Made by a program: the position numbers and the translations under genes. Shown here piece by piece: positions 55,521 through 64,000 of a stretch of 64,000 nt of DNA. Location of the stretch: contig NC_042997.1 of the NCBI RefSeq assembly GCF_006345805.1, positions 101,990,001 to 102,054,000 of the forward strand. The letters are read 5' to 3'. How positions within the stretch are numbered: position 1 is the stretch's first letter; every line of letters begins with the position of its first letter. The notes under the pieces are model-generated. The model was not told where the DNA came from and searched no databases. It saw nothing but the letters and a program-made list of their open reading frames with translations. The stretch is from Octopus sinensis (taxonomy: Eukaryota).

Positions 55521-55961
55521 CAATAACAAAACAGCATTGGGCTCACAATCATGAGGTAGTGAGTTCAATTCCCATACAGGGCTGTGTGTTGTGTTCTCAG
55601 CTGTAGAAATGAGCTACAATGTCACTGGTGCCAAACTCTATCAGCCTTTGCTTTTCCTTTGGATAACATACGTAGCATGGAGAGAGGAGGCTGGTAAACA
55701 TAGGTGACTGTTGGTCTTCTATAAAGAGCCTTGCCTGGACTTGTACCTCGGAGAGAAACTTTCTAGGTGCAAACCCATGGTCATTCATGACCGAAGGGGG
55801 TCTTTACACTTTACCCTTACACAAACGCACAAACTCATGCATGCACATGCATACATACTCATATACATACCCACATCCACATAGGTGGAAGGTTCAGTTT
55901 CAATGCATGGCATTTTGGGCAAGTGTCTTTTACTATAGTATTGGCCCAACTAAAGCCCAAA

Positions 55962-56222
55962 GAGTGGATCTGATAAACTGAACTTGAAAGAAGCCTGTCA
56001 TATACATGTGTACGTATGTGTGTGTACACATGTGTATGCATGTGTGTGTGTGTGTGCATGCGCATGTGTGTGGACATGTGTAAGTGTAGCCCCATGAGTG
56101 GATCTGATATACTGAACTTAAAAGAAGCCTATCATATACATGTGTATGTATGTGTGTGTACACATGTGTATGCATGTGTCTGTGTGTGCATGCGCACGTG
56201 TATGGACATGAGTAAGAGTGTG
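55962..56222. repeat. two-copy tandem duplication (~134 bp)
   Basis: GAGTGGATCTGATA.ACTGAACTT.AAAGAAGCCT.TCATATACATGTG occurs at 55962 and 56096. Confidence 0.85.
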
Positions 56223-58627
56223 TATTTTGATATCACATGTGGATTCTAAACAAATGTCTCTGTCATATAAGTTGTGTCATTTGTTTGCAATCTTCTGTGG
56301 AAACAAGCCCAATCATTGTGCTGTTCATGTTCAAAAGACTAGGGCAGCGTTATCTTGCTTGGAAACAGTAAGGGAAGGCAGCAGTCAAAAGCATCTGGCC
56401 TCAGAAAATCTGTTTCAGTGAATTTCATTTGACACTTACAAGCATAGAAAAGTGAATGTTAAAACTAATGATGATGATGATGATTATATATGTATATATA
56501 TACACACACACACACACACACTCACACACATATATGTTTATATGTGTGTGTGTATATATATGTGTGTGTGTGTGCATGTGTATGTGTGTGTGTGCACATG
56601 CATGCATACATGTATGTGTGTGTGTATGAGCTGGTTTAACAGCCTGCCAAGCTGAACACAAGGATATATATTTTTGTTTCTTAGCATTCAAATAACTTTT
56701 TTCAGTAATGAAACCTTTGATTAAAAATGATTAAAAAGAATGAGATTAATTATTTGATTTTGTCACAAACAAGAAAAGGAAGTTTTTTAATATATAAAGA
56801 TAAAATTTCTTTTATTTTGTTGCTAATCACAACCTACTATTTATCAAAATTTAGAAAGGAAAAAAAAAAAAGAAACCAGAAACTGTTCATAAAATTAGTG
56901 AATTTTTTGAGTGAGAAGAATTAAGAATTAGTATTCAAATTGAAGGTAACATACCTTGAAAATAATAAAATATACATTTCTGTGTTTTTCTGTATATTTT
57001 AGATAATCAGATAACACAACACTAATAGGTCTTGTGGCCTTTATGCATTTCACTGTAGCTTCTTAATACCGAGAGATTCTAAAGACTGTTGTGTCTTTGA
57101 TGGTGTAAGTAACTGTTATCAGTTGAAGTAAGCAAGTAAATTTCAATGACCATGTGTAAGCTAATTAACTTGGCTACCACTAGATTAGCAACATGAAATA
57201 TACAGTAAATAGTTTGCATACACTATGACAATGACTGGTGGTAATAATGGGCTTGAAAGATGCCAACAGTCTTTCTCACCTTCAATCCCTGGCATTAACC
57301 ACTGAAAATGATACACAGTCGCTGCAACAGGTATTTTCTAGAACCATGACGGAGTTCAAGAGTTATTTTAGACTGCTGAGACAATCTAATATGTAAAAGA
57401 TATTGCCACCTTTAAGTATGGTTGAAATTGTTGTTGTTGTTGTTGTTATTGGTGGTGGTGGTGGTGGTGGTGGTGTTACACTAGTGCAATTCCAACAGCA
57501 AAAAGCAAACAACTTATGTCAGGTAAGAAATTAAATGTATTCATGGATATTCACAAAAATGAAAAGAAAGTTGCCATATGTGTGTATGCATATATACATG
57601 CATACATTATATATACACAGATATATTAAAAAATGCATAGGAAACAGCTGTAATGATCTGACATTTATCCATCGTCTGTTATTATTCATTTGTTTATAAT
57701 ACATCATAGGGATTCATGACACATCAGACACTCTGGAGTATTCCAAACAATGTATGATCAACACGTGTAAATTGGACCAGCTCCTAGGTGCTTAATACTC
57801 GTAGGGATAGTTTTCTCTGTATGCATAACCTGAATATACTACTGGATATTTAATCAACCAGAGGTGGTGATCACAGGTTTATCAAACCTTACCTGGTGCA
57901 TATCCTTTTAAGTACCCGATTATATGAAGAATCTTTATTATTATTATTATTACACACACCCACATATATATATATATATATACATATATATAAGGACATC
58001 CAGGTGTAAAAAACTTGCCAAACGAACAGTGCTCCACACACACACACACACACACATGTATATATGTATAAAAAGCCTAAAGTCAGGAGGTTTGAGAGGT
58101 GAAGATAGGTTTATTTATCTGTTTGACCTCCATATGATGATGGCTATAACTCTCTCTCTCTCTCTCTCTCTCCCTCTCCATATATATATATATACATATA
58201 TATATACACACACACACTCACACACATATGTATATAATTATTTATCTATGCAATCGTGTGTGTACATGTGTCTGTACACCCGTGCGTGTGTACATCTGTG
58301 TGTATATGTGTGTGTGAACGTGTGTGTGTATGTGTGTGTGTGTATGTGTGTGTGCATGTGTGTGTGTTCATGTGTGGGGGGGGGGGGTGAGTGTGTGCAT
58401 CTGTGTGTGTGGTTTGTGAAATTTGAAAATAGGTCTTTTTAAGAAGCTGCTCAAATATAAATGAAGCTTAGTTCATGCTTTATCAGATAAAATATTTCTT
58501 AAACAGAAAATTCAGAATCGCTTAGGTATTTTACTTTATATATTACGAAATATATTACTTATTACTTCATTTGCTTTGAATAACCTTTTAAAACACACAC
58601 CCACACACATGCATGCGTGCACACACA

Positions 58628-58667
<40 letters not shown>

Positions 58668-60413
58668 CACATGCTCACTTTTAGTTATATTCTATAATGT
58701 TAGTCATGCTAGGAAAATCCTCTATAACTGAATTTTGCGCAATGTATGAAAGAGAGATAAGATAATTGATGATGTTTATATCAATAGTTACTTCTATTTT
58801 ATTTTTTTATTTTATAAACCTTCTCATTCTCCCCTCCTTTATTTTCCTATCTTGTTAAGGTTTTTATTAATACCAATACTACATTACACACTGTCTAATA
58901 TACATGAATCTTCAGTAACTATGGTAGAATTATCAGCATTCTTATTTAACAGTAAAAGATTGTAAGCTAGTAGAATCATTAGCATGATGGGCAAAATGCT
59001 TTGTGACATTTTGTCTGTCTTTACGTTCTGGGTTCAAGTTCCACTAAGGTCAAGTTTGTCTTTCATCCATTCAGGATTGGTAAACTATGTAACTGCAGAG
59101 CACTGGGGTCAATGTAATTGACTAGCCCCTTTCTCCAAAATTTCAGGCTTTGTGCCTATAGTTAAAAAGGGCTCTTATTAAACAGGAGTATTTTCCTTAC
59201 AAATAGGTATACTTTCAAGGGATTCGACCTTTTTTAACCTCACCTAAGAAAGATTTCCAAAATCTTTTGAAGTTCTTATCACCAAACAGCTATTGTATCC
59301 ATCTCTTATATAAAATCTGTTCTGTCTGTCTGTGTGTGTGTGTGTGTCTTCTCAGATCTTGGGCATCCTCCATCCAATTGCAGTCAAATTTGATATGTAG
59401 ATACCGACGGTATCAGGGCGTGTATAAGTCTTGAAAAAATTACAAAAATCGATTCCAGGTGAGAATGTAATTGATAAAACCGTTTTTGTCCTGCTTTTCT
59501 TCTGTCAACCTGTACATAACTGCACCTTCCATTTTTTGTTGTTTTTATACTGCTTAAAGGCACATTTCTTTCCTGCCAAGCTTACTGTTTAAACCATATT
59601 TGTGTTCTCTCAGTCAACAGCCTTATCATTACAGGTACTTTAAATTCTTCGGTTGCATATTTGTGTGAACAAAATCGTTTTTCTTTGGAATAGAAAAAAA
59701 GTTTATCTTTATTTCTTCTTTGCTGGTGTCTCAAATTTAGGTTAAATCAGTGTTTCTCAACAGGGAGGCCTATGGGACGGTCAGACAAGTTGTTTTGAGA
59801 AAATTTGGTTTAAATGTTTGACAACTCAGCACTGTCCATCAATATATTCTGTATTTTATCTCCAGTAGTATAAGAGTGTCAAGACTGTTATTAGGTACTT
59901 GTGTTTGTATATCTCAGAGTGCAGCATCCTTCACTACAGTCATTTGGCCATGCTCATTGTTACTCGAAAAACATAAGGTGGTGAGCTGGCAGAATTTTTA
60001 ACATGCCAGGCAAAATGCTTGGTGGCATTTCGTCCATCTTTAGGTTCTGAGTTCAAATTCCACAGAGGTTGACTTAGCCTTTCATCCTTTCAGAATCGAT
60101 AATATAAGTACCAGTTGAGCACTGGGGTCAATGTAATTGTCTTTGACCCTCTACTGAGAGTGCTGGCCTTGCACAAACATTTCAAATCATTATTACTTGA
60201 AAAACAGGTAATGGTTGGTTACAGGAAGAGCATCTGGTTGTAGAAATAAATGGACTTAAACAAATGACTGAATATATCCTTTACCTTTTATCTTTTACTC
60301 GTTTCAGTCATTTGACTGCAGCAATGCTACACAAGTGTCTCTTGAGAAGTTCTCCTTATAGACAATATGGGTATAAACATTTATATTATATATATGGACA
60401 ACGTCAATATTTT

Positions 60414-60508
60414 TGTTGTGTCTGGGGATAGTCATTCTCTTTTAGTGCCTTATTATTTATGTTAAATAATAAGGCACTAAAAGAGAATGACTCTCCCCAG
60501 ACACAACA
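60414..60508. repeat. near-perfect 95-nt hairpin/palindrome
   Basis: TGTTGTGTCTGGGGA-T-AGTCATTCTCTTTTAGTGCCTTATTATTTA [TGT] TAAATAATAAGGCACTAAAAGAGAATGACT-C-TCCCCAGACACAACA: 46-position stem with one mismatch. Confidence 0.95.
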
Positions 60509-60705
60509 GAATATGCTTCAACACACGAACTCATATAAAGAATCTTGCAAACCAAATCCAAAAACGAAATCAATATTTTTGTTTCCCATTTTATCTTCTT
60601 AATGATCACTCTCCAATTAATTATGTGTATTTAGGGGAGAGAGAGAGAGAGAGAGACCAATGAAGTTAGGATTGTCAGAGAAAGAGTTGTTTTTAAATAA
60701 CTTAC

Positions 60706-60906
60706 CAGTATTGTTGTTGGTGTAACTACTTTCCACATTAATTTCCAAAAAAAACGATCAAGGCTACCAGTCATGTCAGTGATATGTCGCAAAATTTTCT
60801 TTGGACCATAGAACCACATCAGAATCAAACATTCAAAAAAGCAAATAAATGGCAAGGACCAGCTTGGAAGGTAAACATCCATTGTTTGATCAGTGTAAAT
60901 ATCAGC
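60706..60906 (-). CDS. SLC6/NSS-family transporter, internal exon (TM10-TM11)
   Basis: Acceptor ...tttacaag|GCT and donor CTG|gtaag; 201 nt, phase 0-0. ADIYTDQTMDVYLPSWSLPFICFFECLILMWFYGPKKILRHITDMTG...FWKLMWKVVTPTTIL matches the SLC6 pattern GGMY.FQL.DYY...FFE.I...W.YG...I..M.G....W...W..ITP. Confidence 0.9.
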
Positions 60907-61853
60907 CTTGTAAAGTAGACAGAAAAATAACATCTAAGTAAATATCAATATGAGCAACAAAAGCAAATAATTAGTAGAAGACATTGCAGAGAATAATACT
61001 TTTTATAGCAACAGCATTTAAAAAAAATATGTCTTTTAAGAAGAATAGAGAGTAATTTTGGTAAATGGAAAATGCCAGACTAACGATTAACAATATATTA
61101 ATGATATATTATCATGCAGAAAATATTCCATTGTCTTGGGAGAATTATTAATTCTAAGATCATAATTTTTCGATTAGTGTCAACATTAGAGATGAAACCT
61201 TTTCTTCAATATTTATATCTATATAATAATATTTCAATCAATTTGATCTCAGACCACCATCAGTTACCTTATTTCTGGAAAGCAAATTGTATATTACTAT
61301 GGAATGAGATTTGCCTTATTTTTCATAGAAATGCAGAAATATTTTAGGAAATTAGATCTATTAAATTAATTACATTGCTGTCCTGTCCAATGAGTTTAGT
61401 CTTTTGTGCTTAAGTCCTACTAAATATAAAATTAAGAACTAAGTTTTGATGATGAAACTAGATTTTCATAATAAAATCAGGGTTTCTTTTATTTCTTTAG
61501 TGATGAAGATTCCATCACTAACACATTGCAGGAACTCATCCACAAATGTGCAATGTCCTTTCATTCAACTTTTTTTTCATTGCCTCTTCTATTGCTATCA
61601 CTCAAGTCTCTGCTTCTCTGCACTAATTAGTTGCCCACAGTCTCCATCCAAACGTCACCTGACCCACTTATCTCTCCTTCCACCATTTATCTCTCTTCTG
61701 TAGTTCTACATTAATAACTTTGTCCAGTTCTTCCTCTTTGGGACTGCTACCATCAAGAGTTCCTTTCCTGCAAACATGGACAACTGTGTCAATTTCACTA
61801 GTCTGAGAAGACCTTTGAAAGTCACCGAGTAATATACCAAAAATTGGAATATC

Positions 61854-61888
<35 letters not shown>

Positions 61889-63169
61889 CAATTAACATGA
61901 CAATAATGGTGATGGTAATTGTGACAAAAACGCTGCTGTTGCTGATAGTGATTGGGTAATGCAAATGCTAATTACCAGCTAGAGAACGATTACATTAGCA
62001 AATGACATGCTGCAATTATGGAAACAGAATATAAATACAACTCCATTTGACACAAATTCAAATGTTATTGATGGCCTCTTGTTTAGCCTTGGGTCTGTCC
62101 TGAGTGAGTAGACCTAAGAGCAGAGGCATTCCAGCCATGATCATCCCATCATTTTGTATACAGAAACTACATTGTCCAATGTGTTTACTCTTTTTACAAG
62201 ATGGCAGAGTATAATTTCAGGGAGGTTTGACTGATATTTCTAGCATATTATGCAGCTCTCTACATAAACTGATTTACCTCTTAGGCAATTCAGTTGGCTC
62301 TTTTCTGCTTTACCAACTTGCTTATTCACAATATGCATGACTGGGTATATAAGGACATGCAACACATATATTTTATTGTTTTGTTAATAATACTGAAGAA
62401 GCATACCAATTGGTTTGTGTAATGGGTTAATTAACACGCGTAATTACAACAGGCTTGTAGAAATGCACGTATCTTACATAAAGCTTACAAATACCAATTA
62501 TTTTTTCTGTGTTTTTTTATGAATTTATGTGTAGGGTTAGGTATGTATAGGGGGAAACCTTTTTAGTTTCTTTAAAAATACTATAGCAAATTTGACAATA
62601 AGCTATTTGTGTCATATTTGCTTCACTTGTATTTTATATCAAATAATCAATTAATAAGAACTTTATGAGAAAAGTTATTTAAAAAACCTAATTTAAAAAA
62701 AAAAACCCACAAAGAAAATATAGTTAAATCATGTTTGTTCATATTTTTAGGCTTGAAATTAACAAACTCATTACTGTATTTCCTGGCATACAAGTTGAAT
62801 TTTTCAGATCAAAAGTTACAGCCAAAAACAGTAGGTTGTCTTATATACCAAAACAAGTTTGGAGAACCAAAAGTTCCATGTGGAAGGCAACAGGATTTGG
62901 AAAGTTAGTGATGATGTTTGAATGTTAACACATGTTTACGCTATAAACTATGTCAACATGTATGCCAAAAAATATAGTATACATAAAGAAAATAATGATT
63001 CTCCCAAGACACATCAAAGTATTATATAGAGTTATTGGAATATTTATTTAGAAGATTTCACATGCTATCATTTAATTAATCTTCACAAAAATGTTTTATA
63101 ATTAATTAGAGAATATTTAAGATAACTGTACAGTGATAATTTCCTTCTTTTTAGCAAAAAGTTTCTTAC

Positions 63170-63417
63170 CTGAGAAAGTATGAAGAGGGAACAAATGAAA
63201 GATAATACACATATGACAAACAACCAGAACAGCTTGTAATAGTTCCTATCAGGCATTGGCCACATTATCTCCAGTCCTGATACAACTAGTTGGATGAATA
63301 TTACAATGCTATTTAAGGTGATAATGGTCAACATAATATAAAAAAGAGCTGACCACACTGGTGGAAAGGGCATTAATGATGTGATCTCAGGAAATATAAT
63401 GAATGCCATGTCAAGGG
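63170..63417 (-). CDS. SLC6/NSS-family transporter, internal exon (EL4-TM8-TM9)
   Basis: Acceptor ...tttacag|CC and donor CAG|gtaag; 248 nt (phase 1 to phase 0). Translation (A)LDMAFIIFPEITSLMPFPPVWSALFYIMLTIITLNS...VICVLSFICSLFILSQ aligns by eye to the SLC6 consensus GPGLAFIAYPEA...MP..PLWS.LFF.ML..LGLDS...CV.SFL..L...TQ. Confidence 0.9.
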
Positions 63418-64000
63418 CTGTAAAGATAAATGGTAAGATTTCATTAGAGAAGTAAAAAAAAAAAAATATAGACATATGCGAAATATAAAATGAATAAAAA
63501 GTACCTTTGATAAGAATCCAATAAGATTAAAACATAGATTAAGGCTGTTCATTATTTTGAATCAGTCAAATGAAATTTTACAAACAAATGATGTACCCTG
63601 TTGGACAGTTGATAATAAATTCTTCATAGTATGGAATAAGGGGAAAATGCATAGAATGCACATATGTAATTTTCTTCTTGTTGTTTACTTATTATGAAGT
63701 GCTTAAAATTTCTATTCAGTGGTAATCATGTAATTACTATTTCATCCTTTTTAGAAATTTTCTGGACATTGCATAGCCTGAGGTACATTAATAAAATATT
63801 TTATGAAAAGAGGCAGTCTGGAAGGTTTTCCTTACTCCACTTAATAATCTGCACAAACTAATTATATTTTGAAGATATCAAAATGTCAATTAGTTTTAAT
63901 TGTAAAATAGCTTCAACTAACACTGTTTGAATTTGCTGTGCTTTCTGTGTTTCTTATGAATGCATAATGCAACTCAAACTCTTCACCCTAGCCTATACTG

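Noticed and set aside
61668-61964. 98-aa minus-strand ORF between two SLC6 exons
   Set aside because: Starts in a (CAT)n repeat and lacks SLC6 similarity. The flanking exons already join in phase with nothing missing.

Overview
AT-rich, microsatellite-dense metazoan genomic DNA. The SINE and retroelement repertoire looks like octopus/coleoid cephalopod (inference from pattern recognition, no database search). The only host gene I can support is the 3' half of a divergent SLC6 (neurotransmitter:sodium symporter family) transporter on the minus strand. Its phase-consistent GT-AG exons are 63170-63417, 60706-60906, 53656-53829 and, after a ~26 kb intron, 27409-27594 (PPDWGP motif). Weaker candidate last exons lie at 52814-52906 and 15772-15945; the 5' end is beyond the window. 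The rest is intronic or intergenic and full of mobile DNA: a near-intact RTE LINE with an internal PHD finger and a 2 kb higher-order-repeat 3' UTR, a second decayed RTE, CR1 and R4/Dong-like LINE remnants, mariner (DD34D) and maT (DD37D) remnants, MITEs, a non-autonomous Helitron, Penelope-like fragments and many tRNA-derived SINEs. The most notable non-coding signal is two identical, fully canonical type I hammerhead ribozymes in inverted orientation (34897-34955 minus, 35451-35509 plus) inside the long SLC6 intron. Variant hammerhead-like motifs and several fold-back (palindromic) mini-insertions in (TA)n tracts also occur. Most ORFs in the supplied track are microsatellite or antisense artefacts. 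Repeat boundaries are approximate; exon and ribozyme coordinates were counted base by base.
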